Below are positions 39,117 through 48,345 of a stretch of 64,000 nt of DNA, one piece after another. The notes beneath the pieces are model-generated. The model searched no databases. It was not told the DNA's origin and saw only the letters and a list, made by a program, of their open reading frames with translations. How positions within the stretch are numbered: the first letter of the stretch is position 1; each line of letters begins with the position of its first letter. The DNA lies in contig JADFXX010000002.1 of the NCBI GenBank assembly GCA_015233335.1, forward strand, positions 891 to 64,890, in the 5' to 3' direction. This DNA comes from Candidatus Omnitrophota bacterium (GTDB lineage: Bacteria > Omnitrophota > Gorgyraeia > Zapsychrales > Fredricksoniimonadaceae). The position numbers and the translations under genes are program-made.

Positions 39117-40001
39117 ATGGTCGATCTATTTTTTATTAAAAGCTTCTTAGCTGTCGCCCAAACTGGATCATTTAGGCTCGCAGCCCAACGCAATAATATC
39201 ACCCAGCCTGCGGTTTCTCAACATATCCATATTTTGGAACAAAAACTGCGATGCTCGCTTTTCGAACGTTCCTCACGTAAAACCATTTTAACGCCTGCCG
39301 GCCGTGTTTTTTTAGTATTCGCTCAACAGATGCTGGATTCCTACCAAAACGCCTGTACTGAAATTGAAAAAATGAACAACCTGTCTGTTGGGACCGTTCG
39401 CATCGCATCAATCTACAGTATCGGATTATACCAACTCAAGCCCCTCATTCAACGTTTACTTAAAAAATATCCCAAAATTAATATCCACCTGGAATACTGT
39501 CATCATAGTTTAGTTTATCAAATGGTGCAAGATAGATCTGTTGACTTCGGCATGGTCGCCTTTCCTAAAGAAATCGAAGGATTACAAATAAAAGTATTCG
39601 CACATGACCAGCTCACCATGGTCCAATCCCCCAAGCACCGCTTCTTTAAGAAAAATGAAAAAATCACACTTAACCGATTAAATAATACCAGTTTTGTAGG
39701 GATTGATAATCTCTCTCCGACAGGCATAGCTATTAACCAATTCTTTAAAGCCCACCACATCAATGTCAATCTGGTTAAGGAGTACGAAAACATTGAAACG
39801 GTCAAAGATGCGGTTGAAATAGGGCTGGGCTGCTCGATTTTGCCCAAGACAACTATTGCACAGGAATTAAAAAACCACACCCTTGAGATTATTCCTTTGC
39901 AGCGATTCAACCTAAAAAGGCCCCTAGCCCTCGTGCATAGCGATAAAAAAGTGTTCACCAAAGCCGCTAATATCTTTTTGGAATCGTTTTTTTCCCTTTA
40001 A
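39117..40001 (+). CDS. LysR-family transcriptional regulator
   Basis: 294 aa. N-terminal wHTH FLAVAQTGSFRLAAQRNNITQPAVSQHIHILEQKL plus a LysR substrate-binding fold. The only plus-strand gene in the window. Confidence 0.85.
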   Translation: MVDLFFIKSFLAVAQTGSFRLAAQRNNITQPAVSQHIHILEQKLRCSLFERSSRKTILTPAGRVFLVFAQQMLDSYQNACTEIEKMNNLSVGTVRIASIYSIGLYQLKPLIQRLLKKYPKINIHLEYCHHSLVYQMVQDRSVDFGMVAFPKEIEGLQIKVFAHDQLTMVQSPKHRFFKKNEKITLNRLNNTSFVGIDNLSPTGIAINQFFKAHHINVNLVKEYENIETVKDAVEIGLGCSILPKTTIAQELKNHTLEIIPLQRFNLKRPLALVHSDKKVFTKAANIFLESFFSL

Positions 40002-40444
40002 GCAACCCTTTGCGAATCACGTATTTCAATTTTTAAAGAATCCAGGGACAAATGTATGTCCATTAAAAAGAAAATCATCGAAACCATCAAAAACAGCAGG
40101 CTCAAAATAAAAAATATGTAAACAAGGAAGCCAATCGGCCAGGCATATAAAGCTCCCAAGAATAGCAACAATACGATAGAAGAAATCAGCACGATGCTAT
40201 AAATATTACAAACTATCGCAGAACGTAAAAGTTCACAGCGTTTATAAAGGATGCGGATCTGCTCTTCGGTTGCCTGGTGGTCCTTTTGGGGTTCTGATTT
40301 AAGCTGAGCACATAAAAGACGGATGCGTTCGATCGGACGCGAAAGACGGTTGGTCAACGAAAGCAATAATAGCCCTGCACCGGAGATCAAAACACAGGGC
40401 GCAATAGAGGCCTGAAGGGCCGGGATCAGTTGGATATTAGTCAT
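39998..40444 (-). CDS. DUF2721-like membrane protein
   Basis: 148 aa. N-terminal and C-terminal TM helices around a helical linker. N-terminus LIPALQASIAPCVLISGAGLLLLSLTNR. Confidence 0.55.
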   Translation of the reverse strand: MTNIQLIPALQASIAPCVLISGAGLLLLSLTNRLSRPIERIRLLCAQLKSEPQKDHQATEEQIRILYKRCELLRSAIVCNIYSIVLISSIVLLLFLGALYAWPIGFLVYIFFILSLLFLMVSMIFFLMDIHLSLDSLKIEIRDSQRVA

Positions 40445-40483
40445 TAGACCCCCTTGGGTTTTGTTATCATCTAAATTCGAATC

Positions 40484-41017
40484 TTAAAAATTTACTAAAC
40501 GTATGCTTGAAACCACGATACGGCCCCGTAAAGTATTGACTGCATCGGAATATTTTTCTACATTCAGTTCATCAATAAAATACAAATTCGGTTTTTGCTG
40601 AAGCATATAGAGAAATCGTACAATATCAAGCCACTGTCCGTCAATCTGTAATTCAACAGGAAAAAATGTCACCTCTTTTTGAGTAACCGCTTTTTGTGGC
40701 TGGATATTCGCGATATGGACATTGGCATCTCTGGCAGTTGACTCAATTTTAGATACCATGGCCGTCATCTGAGAAGCTTCAGAGGCGGCTGTCCCGATCA
40801 CATCTACCAAATTTTGATACCGTGCTTCAACCTCCTGTTTTATAGCCACCATCTTGCGGGCCTTGACCAGATGAGCATGATTTAAACGGAACTGGTCATC
40901 AATGTCTATGGCGCTGCCCTGCATGGGCTTGATCACCCATTGAAAAATAATAAAAGCAAGCACCAGTCCCAGAGTTATGAACAAAATAACGGTTTCTCGC
41001 GTGCTTAGCTTTTTCAT
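40484..41017 (-). CDS. gspM: T2SS assembly-platform protein GspM / PilO-like
   Basis: 177 aa. One N-terminal TM helix, coiled coil, ferredoxin-like C-terminus (PVELQIDGQWLDIVRFLYML). Last gene of the gsp operon. Confidence 0.6.
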   Translation of the reverse strand: MKKLSTRETVILFITLGLVLAFIIFQWVIKPMQGSAIDIDDQFRLNHAHLVKARKMVAIKQEVEARYQNLVDVIGTAASEASQMTAMVSKIESTARDANVHIANIQPQKAVTQKEVTFFPVELQIDGQWLDIVRFLYMLQQKPNLYFIDELNVEKYSDAVNTLRGRIVVSSIRLVNF

Positions 41018-42447
41018 TTATCCTGTTTCACAGTTTTAATAACACATGTGATCTTAAAATAATCAACTTCACCCTGTTGAGTAACCCGCTTATTAACATA
41101 ATCCAAGTTAACATTATAAAAATACGGTGAATCAACCATGCCCTTTTGGAATTGGTTAATATCTGCGGAGTTCATGGAAACCCCCTGAAGGGACAAAGTA
41201 TGTCCGTTGCTTATGGCAATACTCACTAATGAGATCTGCGATGGCAGCAAGCGGTCAATTTCGCGGGCAAAATCAGAAAAAATCATTCTGTCCTTTAAGA
41301 CACTTTCAACATCATACACCTTTCGCAGTTGACTCTCGATGTTAGCCGCTTGGCGTTTAGTAATTTTAAGCTCATCTTCAAGTCGATTAAGCCGGATATT
41401 CTTTCTTAAAAACCCGACACCCAATGCCAAACCGACGGCAAGCAATGCCGCTAACACCCAAATTCCCATAACCACCATCTGGCGATGATTAGCCCTTTGC
41501 TTTTGCGCATCCCTGATAGATTGTGGGGTTAAATCTATTGGCGTCGCCCCGGGACTCAAGGCAATACCCGCCAGCGGGCTCATTGAAATTCCACCTTCAA
41601 TCAATAACTGGGGGATTGCAACACCACGGGCCACGGGCAAACCGTTTGTGAACAGAATATCCTTGACCGTCAAACCTCCCTGCAATTTCATCATTTCTGC
41701 ACCGAGCCCTGAGGCACGGTTAGCCCAACTGACCAAATAAACTGATCCTACGGTTGCGATTATTTTCTCGTCAATAATATTGCTTTGCGTCAGTTCCCAT
41801 TGCTTTAAGAATTCCGTATAGCCGTCACGCTGCATTTGCACGAACCCTACGGGAATTTCTCTCGAATTCAACCAATGCGTCTTATAGCATACGCAAATTT
41901 CACTATGATTAACATCCAGATCAATAATGGCACCCAGCTTCTCTAAAAGACCCGGCTGCTCTCGGTATAATAACCATAGGCCTACGGAAGAAATCGTCAT
42001 TTGATGGACTGGAATTCCTGATTCTAAAAAAATCTTCCAATAACGTATCGCCATATCCTGCGGAATGATGACCACAGCCACCCTCGCGTAACCGTCCTTG
42101 GAGATAGACAATACTTGGAAATCAATTTCAACTTCTTGTCTGGCATAAGGAATGCGGCTGCCGACCTGCAAATCGATCATGGCACGTATTTCATCCGGCT
42201 TTTGAGAAGGAAATGACATATAGCGCAATATGGCGCGGGACCGCGGGATCACGACAATCACGCGGCTTTCAGCAAAACTTAATTTGCGCTGTTTAACAAA
42301 AGCATTTAAAGTTCGGCTGATCTGTACGTCACTTTGCCCGTTGGTATCGATCACGTCTAAGCCGGCTATGACCTTCTTTTGTGTTCCCGTCGTTTGAAGG
42401 AATTTGATCATTCCTTCGCTCATATAAAACACGATGGTCGATTTCAT
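41014..42447 (-). CDS. gspL: T2SS assembly-platform protein GspL (PilM-like cytoplasmic domain, TM helix, PilN-like periplasmic domain)
   Basis: The track ORF runs to 42540. The likely start MKSTIVFYMSEG at 42447 directly follows the gspK stop. Central TM helix MVVMGIWVLAALLAVGLALGVGF. Confidence 0.6.
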   Translation of the reverse strand: MKSTIVFYMSEGMIKFLQTTGTQKKVIAGLDVIDTNGQSDVQISRTLNAFVKQRKLSFAESRVIVVIPRSRAILRYMSFPSQKPDEIRAMIDLQVGSRIPYARQEVEIDFQVLSISKDGYARVAVVIIPQDMAIRYWKIFLESGIPVHQMTISSVGLWLLYREQPGLLEKLGAIIDLDVNHSEICVCYKTHWLNSREIPVGFVQMQRDGYTEFLKQWELTQSNIIDEKIIATVGSVYLVSWANRASGLGAEMMKLQGGLTVKDILFTNGLPVARGVAIPQLLIEGGISMSPLAGIALSPGATPIDLTPQSIRDAQKQRANHRQMVVMGIWVLAALLAVGLALGVGFLRKNIRLNRLEDELKITKRQAANIESQLRKVYDVESVLKDRMIFSDFAREIDRLLPSQISLVSIAISNGHTLSLQGVSMNSADINQFQKGMVDSPYFYNVNLDYVNKRVTQQGEVDYFKITCVIKTVKQDK

Positions 42448-42448
42448 C

Positions 42449-43465
42449 CTAAACCCTCTGCCAGGAGATAATTTCTCCCGCGGCCTGCGGTGTCCAATGA
42501 ATAACTGCCTCGAGTACGGTGCGCACACCGCTTTTCTCATCGACTCCGACTACCCGTACCCTGTAATAGTCTGATTTACCCTCCTCCAAAACTTGCGGCC
42601 AGTTAGGATCTGCAATGGCCGCAATGGAGGACGTCCCGTCATCAGAACTAAAGGACTGGGCGTCTGCACCATCACGAATGGTATAAGCTTCTCTGATAAT
42701 GTCTCCCGCATTGATGGATGGATTCATGCGCGCCGAGGCATTGGCCACAGCCTGGATCACATCATTATTAGCCGTATCCGTATTGATCCATAAACCGCTT
42801 TGGGTGTCTCCATAAACCGTCAAATCATCCTTGATCTTATTGAAAATTTCCTGCGTCATGCCATTAACTTCCAATAATTCGAGCAAATTTTCATAAGGCT
42901 TATTCTTAGGCTTTAAAAGCGAATGATCCATATTCAAAAAAGATCCGTTATTGCCCGAGGTTCCTGTCCCCGTGTAATTGATGATGGCCAATGCCAGCTT
43001 ATCTGCGTTGGACTGTGATAAACCCTGTAACTGTAAAAGAGCGCTTAAAATCTGGTAATTCACAGGACTCATTGCATTGACGTTGATGCGCCCCCTCTCG
43101 TCTCTTATCCCATACTCTAAATGCGGTTTGTTCACGGGTGTATTAAAATTTTTGGCTGACCACTGAAGAGTCACATAAGCATTTGGAGCTATATCTATGT
43201 GTGAAAATATGTCCGCGGGGCTTTTGGTCTGATCAATACTGATCGCGGTCGCATACAAAGTATCTTTAGATGACGGGGAAGTTTGCATAAGATCAAGTAT
43301 TTTATTCATCCCTGCACGCGCAGCCGCATAACTGCGCAATTTCCCCCGGTAAGTTTCTAATAAAGACACCTCCAGCGATGAACGCCTCCCCAGACCCCAG
43401 GCTATCAAAGACAGAATCAACAATACCCATAATACCGCAACTAAGATAACCCCTTTATTGTTCAT
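42449..43465 (-). CDS. gspK: T2SS minor pseudopilin GspK
   Basis: 338 aa. N-terminus KGVILVAVLWVLLILSLIA lacks the Glu+5, as in GspK. Size and operon position fit. Confidence 0.7.
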   Translation of the reverse strand: MNNKGVILVAVLWVLLILSLIAWGLGRRSSLEVSLLETYRGKLRSYAAARAGMNKILDLMQTSPSSKDTLYATAISIDQTKSPADIFSHIDIAPNAYVTLQWSAKNFNTPVNKPHLEYGIRDERGRINVNAMSPVNYQILSALLQLQGLSQSNADKLALAIINYTGTGTSGNNGSFLNMDHSLLKPKNKPYENLLELLEVNGMTQEIFNKIKDDLTVYGDTQSGLWINTDTANNDVIQAVANASARMNPSINAGDIIREAYTIRDGADAQSFSSDDGTSSIAAIADPNWPQVLEEGKSDYYRVRVVGVDEKSGVRTVLEAVIHWTPQAAGEIISWQRV

Positions 43466-44189
43466 TATAATAATTTGATACCGGAGCTAAAAACATGTCC
43501 CGTTTAAACATAAGCCCTGCTTGGGGCTTTTTAGGATCATAAAGAACAAAGCTACAGCTAACCGCAAAAGGAAGAACTTTTTTGTCCCACGAGTCTGTGT
43601 AAACGATTCGCCCGGCACCCACGGTATGCAGGTCTTTCAAAAAAGGCGCATAGTGACAATTAAAAGTATCCTTTTTTAATCCTGCGGCCACAATTTGAAT
43701 AGATGTGTTATTCTTGACTTCATTGAGCCAATCGGACAAACTGCTCTCCTGACGTAATAAAAATTCTACAGGTATGGACTCTTTGAGCCTGGTCTCAAAG
43801 CTTGAAGGATTGGTGAGTCGTCCGATCATTCTTTGGGTAACCTTCCCCCAATCAACCAAGCCGCTATAATAGCGCACATGCTTTATGCCCACCGGAGTCT
43901 GGGTCAAGAATGCAAATTCTGTTTTTTGCCCGACAAAATTCTTGGCATCCCAGTAACTGTTTCTCCAATCCAGACTGATCGCATTCTCCAAATCACGAGT
44001 CATCACCTGATCGGCCATGAGCACTTCCATATAGTTATCATGGACGCGTCGCATTTTGTCATCCAGCTTCATGGCTGACCAAAACAGATTATAAACACTT
44101 ACGCCAATAATGGCGCTGATCGCCAATCCCAATAAAAGTTCAACGAGACTAAACCCTTCAGGGCATTTAACTACTTGCTTGAGTTCCAT
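43455..44189 (-). CDS. gspJ: T2SS minor pseudopilin GspJ-like
   Basis: 244 aa. Prepilin-type N-terminus GFSLVELLLGLAISAII. Confidence 0.65.
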   Translation of the reverse strand: MELKQVVKCPEGFSLVELLLGLAISAIIGVSVYNLFWSAMKLDDKMRRVHDNYMEVLMADQVMTRDLENAISLDWRNSYWDAKNFVGQKTEFAFLTQTPVGIKHVRYYSGLVDWGKVTQRMIGRLTNPSSFETRLKESIPVEFLLRQESSLSDWLNEVKNNTSIQIVAAGLKKDTFNCHYAPFLKDLHTVGAGRIVYTDSWDKKVLPFAVSCSFVLYDPKKPQAGLMFKRDMFLAPVSNYYNEQ

Positions 44190-44550
44190 TGGGAATGTTG
44201 ATAACCGTTGTCAGATCCCAAGAACCGGGCTTTTGACCAGCGGGCCAATTAAGAATCAAAGTGACCTGTTTTAAATGATCATTGATATTGTCTGTCCGGG
44301 TGCTGACTGTAAATTTATCATACGGCTCTTCTAAACTCTGGTGATTTAAGTTCAGCTGGTCCTCTGAAGCATGGGTAGCATATAAAAGCCCTAACTTGTT
44401 CTCCATAATCAAAAACGACCTGACAGTTTCCTGAAAACGCATGCCGGTGCGAAAATTGGTCAACAAGGCCTGAACAATAAAGGTGAGGCATACGCTGACA
44501 ATCACAACCGTCAAAATCGCCTCCAGAAGCATAAAACCGTTTTTATTCAT
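44167..44550 (-). CDS. gspI: T2SS minor pseudopilin GspI-like
   Basis: 127 aa. Prepilin-type N-terminus NGFMLLEAILTVVIV. Confidence 0.65.
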   Translation of the reverse strand: MNKNGFMLLEAILTVVIVSVCLTFIVQALLTNFRTGMRFQETVRSFLIMENKLGLLYATHASEDQLNLNHQSLEEPYDKFTVSTRTDNINDHLKQVTLILNWPAGQKPGSWDLTTVINIPNGTQASS

Positions 44551-45070
44551 TGTCCACTTTCATCAGCACCCCCCGCACGAGGACTGAAGACAGTACGATT
44601 TTTTGTAAAGGGGAGTCCAGTTCAATAACTGCCCTATCAATCATGCCGTCCGGATAAAATTCAATACGGTCATCCTGAGTATCAAGATTAACCCCATCCG
44701 GAATTATATGCATGCGCCCAAGGGCCCCCTTGACGGGCTCAAAGCTGTCCGGATAACTCTCCTTTTCAATATTCCATGTCTCATCGTTTTGAAGAGCGGC
44801 CTTTGCGCAAACGAGGCTATACGAGCGGCGATCATTGGAAAAAGACAGGACATAGATGCGTTCTTGCCCTATCGCCATAGCCTGGGCCCAACGGCTTATG
44901 CCCAGCAAATCATCCGCCGTCTTATTCAACTGAAAGCGAGCATACCCACTGGAAAAATTCGGCACAGCGAGCGCTAAAATTATACCGACGATAATGACCG
45001 CTAACAACATTTCGACCAGGCTAAAGGCCTTATTTACTCTCATTTCCCCAGTTGGTGATATCATCGGCAC
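44543..45070 (-). CDS. gspH: T2SS minor pseudopilin GspH-like
   Basis: 175 aa. Prepilin-type N-terminus KAFSLVEMLLAVIIVGI. The start is probably the internal ATG at 45043. Confidence 0.6.
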   Translation of the reverse strand: MPMISPTGEMRVNKAFSLVEMLLAVIIVGIILALAVPNFSSGYARFQLNKTADDLLGISRWAQAMAIGQERIYVLSFSNDRRSYSLVCAKAALQNDETWNIEKESYPDSFEPVKGALGRMHIIPDGVNLDTQDDRIEFYPDGMIDRAVIELDSPLQKIVLSSVLVRGVLMKVDNE

Positions 45071-45473
45071 TTTCTATTCCATCAGCTCCCAAAGACGAAA
45101 GATCGTAACTATCCGGATTATGCGCACCGGGGAATACGTAAATATAGTCATGGCCCCAGGGATCTTTGGGAATTTTCTTTTTCTTTAAATAAGGACCATT
45201 CCACTGTGCCGGTACAGGGCTCACAGTCGGCAGTGTCAACAGAGCACTTAATCCCTGTTCGGTCGTAGGATATCGTCCGGTATCCATATGATATAAATCC
45301 AACGCCGTACTCAGATTAGACTCAATATCGGTCCGAGCCGCGGTCTTGCGCGTCTGCTCACTGCGTCCGGAGATATTAGGAACGATCATAGCCACCAATA
45401 TCCCGATGATAACGACCACAAGCATGATCTCAATTAAGGTAAAACCTCTTCTTTGATGAAAAAACATAATCAT
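45030..45473 (-). CDS. gspG: T2SS major pseudopilin GspG
   Basis: 147 aa. RRGFTLIEIMLVVVIIGILVAMIVPN followed by KTAARTDI...YPTTEQGL..L and DPWGHDYIY, the canonical GspG pattern. Confidence 0.9.
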   Translation of the reverse strand: MIMFFHQRRGFTLIEIMLVVVIIGILVAMIVPNISGRSEQTRKTAARTDIESNLSTALDLYHMDTGRYPTTEQGLSALLTLPTVSPVPAQWNGPYLKKKKIPKDPWGHDYIYVFPGAHNPDSYDLSSLGADGIESADDITNWGNESK

Positions 45474-45485
45474 CTCCCTATAGGG

Positions 45486-46703
45486 TCAATTAATAATCAT
45501 ATTCATCTGAAACATCGGCAAGAGCATGGCTACGATCATAAATCCCACGATACTTACCACCACAACCAATACTGCCGGCCCTAAGATCGTCACAAAAGCT
45601 CCTGCCATATCTTGGGAGGCGCGTTCGCAACTTGCGGCCAATTTATACAATCCTCTTTCTAATTTACCACTTTCCTGCCCTACGGCAATCAGATCAACAG
45701 CCATTTCCGGAAAAAGCGTACTTGCCTTAATCGCCTGTGTCAGGCTCATGCCGGCTTTAACCCTGAGCGCAATTTTCTTTACCTCTTCCTGCAGAGCGTG
45801 GTTGTCTACAACCATTGTCACCGACTCAAGCGCGGGCACAATAGGCACACCGCTTTCAAGCAACATCCCCAAAGTCCTGGAAAACCGGCTTAACTGGGTA
45901 TTTTCAATGTATGACTTTAATAAGGGGATTCTCAAAGAAAACCCGTCGATCCATGCTTTGCCCTGTCCGGTCTTCAAATAAGAACGTATCCATAAAATCA
46001 CGATTGTTATAACAGCAGCCATAAGCCACCAAAACTGAGCAAATACCCCACTTACGGCCACGACCATCCGGGTTACAAGCGGCAACTGGGCGTCAAAATC
46101 TTCAAACATCATTGTCAGACGAGGCAAAACAAAAGACAGCAGCACAAAAAGCGTCAACAAGCCAACAACAAGAATAATAACCGGATATAATAAACTCGCC
46201 TTAGCTTTGGACTGTATTTGCATATCATTTTCCAGAAATTGAGCCAGCCGATTTAATACCAGCGGCAGCTTACCGCTCGCTTCCGCCGCTTTGACAGTAT
46301 GAATATACAATGTTGAAAATATTCCCGGATATTTTGCTAAAGCAAAAGAAAGGCTTCCGCCTTGCTGTAATAAAACAGTCATCGACTCAATAACTCCGAC
46401 CATAACGGGAAATTGGCGCTGACGGGACAACAATTCCATAGAACGGGCTAAAGGGATTCCTGCATCTAATAAATCCGCCAACTGTCTGGTAAATTGGAAC
46501 AAAGCAGCCCGAGAAACACTGATATCAACCCCGGTTGATTTCGAAGACTGCGGTAACACCATTTTTTCGTGGAGCTTGACATCAAAAGGCATTTGCCCCG
46601 CATTGGTCAGACGGGTTACAGCATCGGCAACGCTTTCCGCGTCAATAAATCCACTGATCACGTCGTTGGGGCCACTTTTAGCTTTGTAAATGAAATGCGC
46701 CAT
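45486..46703 (-). CDS. gspF: T2SS inner-membrane platform protein GspF
   Basis: 405 aa. Two repeated T2SS-F cytoplasmic domains separated by TM helices. Confidence 0.85.
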   Translation of the reverse strand: MAHFIYKAKSGPNDVISGFIDAESVADAVTRLTNAGQMPFDVKLHEKMVLPQSSKSTGVDISVSRAALFQFTRQLADLLDAGIPLARSMELLSRQRQFPVMVGVIESMTVLLQQGGSLSFALAKYPGIFSTLYIHTVKAAEASGKLPLVLNRLAQFLENDMQIQSKAKASLLYPVIILVVGLLTLFVLLSFVLPRLTMMFEDFDAQLPLVTRMVVAVSGVFAQFWWLMAAVITIVILWIRSYLKTGQGKAWIDGFSLRIPLLKSYIENTQLSRFSRTLGMLLESGVPIVPALESVTMVVDNHALQEEVKKIALRVKAGMSLTQAIKASTLFPEMAVDLIAVGQESGKLERGLYKLAASCERASQDMAGAFVTILGPAVLVVVVSIVGFMIVAMLLPMFQMNMIIN

Positions 46704-46706
46704 CAG

Positions 46707-48314
46707 TTATTCGTCTTCCGTAACCCTTAAAACCTCGCTGGGGCTGGTTAAACCTTGAGCCACTTTTTCCCATCCATGCTGACGCAACGTCTTCATGCCG
46801 TCTAAAATAGCCAATTGTTTGATGTCCCTGCTGGTCGCCCGTGCGGTAACCAGCATACGCGTTTTTTCATTAAGCACCAAAAATTCACAAATTGCCTGCC
46901 GGCCTCTGTAGCCTGTCATACGGCATTCTTTACACCCTACAGCTTCATAAATGACAGGATCACGGGTAATATGGCTTAACTCAAATTCTTTTTTAATAGT
47001 GTCAGTGAAAGGCGTTTGTTTTTTGCAAGCTGGACACAACAGTCTCACCAAACGCTGCGCTAAAAAACACTCAACGGAGGAAGCGATTAAATAAGGCTCG
47101 ATGCCTATATCGATTAGGCGAGTGACCCCGGAGGCGGCATCATTGGTGTGCAAAGTTGAAAAAACCAGATGACCGGTTAAGGACATTTGGATGGCGATCT
47201 GCGCTGATTCAAAATCACGCACCTCCCCTATCATAATGACATCAGGGTCATTGCGCAGGATGGAACGCAGAGCCGCGGCAAATGTCAGGCCAATAGCTGA
47301 ATTGGCTTGAATTTGCACCGCTCCTTTAAGCTGATATTCCACCGGATCCTCAACTGTGATGATCTTAGTGTCTTCCGAATTGATGGCGGCTAAACACGAG
47401 TACAATGTAGTTGTTTTTCCGCTACCCGTTGGACCAGTTAAAAAAATGATTCCATGCGGTTTATTGATCAAGACCTCTAGCTGTCGACGTTCTTCTCCCA
47501 CAATACCCAATTCCTCAAGATTATATAAACGAAACGCGTTAAGCAAACGAATCACGCAACTTTCCCCGAAAGTAGTAGGTAAAAAAGACACTCTCAAATC
47601 CATATCAGTCCCTTCCACCTTGACTTTAAAGCGGCCGTCCTGCGGAAGACGCTTTTCGGCGATATTCAAGTTTGAAAGGATCTTAACGCGGGAGATCAGG
47701 GCATCCTGAAAATAACGGATATTTTCGGGAACTTGAGCGTCATAAAGCACCCCGTCGATACGATAGCGTATACGCAGCTCATTGCCGAAAGGTTCAATGT
47801 GAATGTCGGTAGCGCCGTCGCGGTGCGCCTGAAATAAGATTTGGTTCAAGAATTGACTGATCGATGCTTCAGAGGAAGATTGATCGATCGCTTCAATAGC
47901 GGGAAGCTCCGGGATCACCATCTGTGCATCAGACATCATTCTTTCGATTGTTTCTGCGCCGAGGCCATAATGTTCCCGAATAGCTTCGATGATGTCTTTT
48001 TCAGCCGCTAAAATAGGTTGAATAGGAGTTTGCGCTACCATACTTAAATCGTCAATCACGGACACTTCCCAGGGATTTCTCATAGCTACCGTCAAAGTCC
48101 CATTTTCATACTTGACAGGAAAAACTTTATAATGATTAACAGCTTTCGCAGGTAGACGGCCTAGGACCTGGGGGGAAACGGTAATTGCTTTTAAAGAAAT
48201 GAAATCAATCTGGCCCGTCATTTTTTGTTCTTCCAAAGCCTGTTTTAACTGCTCCGGGCTTATCACTCCCTTTTTTAATAGCAGCTCTCCTAAAAAAACA
48301 TATGGTTTTTTCAT
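46707..48314 (-). CDS. gspE: T2SS ATPase GspE
   Basis: 535 aa. Walker A GPTGSGKTT, Asp/His boxes, tetracysteine CPACK...CKECRMTGY, N-terminal T2SSE_N region. Confidence 0.9.
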   Translation of the reverse strand: MKKPYVFLGELLLKKGVISPEQLKQALEEQKMTGQIDFISLKAITVSPQVLGRLPAKAVNHYKVFPVKYENGTLTVAMRNPWEVSVIDDLSMVAQTPIQPILAAEKDIIEAIREHYGLGAETIERMMSDAQMVIPELPAIEAIDQSSSEASISQFLNQILFQAHRDGATDIHIEPFGNELRIRYRIDGVLYDAQVPENIRYFQDALISRVKILSNLNIAEKRLPQDGRFKVKVEGTDMDLRVSFLPTTFGESCVIRLLNAFRLYNLEELGIVGEERRQLEVLINKPHGIIFLTGPTGSGKTTTLYSCLAAINSEDTKIITVEDPVEYQLKGAVQIQANSAIGLTFAAALRSILRNDPDVIMIGEVRDFESAQIAIQMSLTGHLVFSTLHTNDAASGVTRLIDIGIEPYLIASSVECFLAQRLVRLLCPACKKQTPFTDTIKKEFELSHITRDPVIYEAVGCKECRMTGYRGRQAICEFLVLNEKTRMLVTARATSRDIKQLAILDGMKTLRQHGWEKVAQGLTSPSEVLRVTEDE

Positions 48315-48345
48315 ATACCCTTAAATCCCATGGTCAAGTGTTTCA

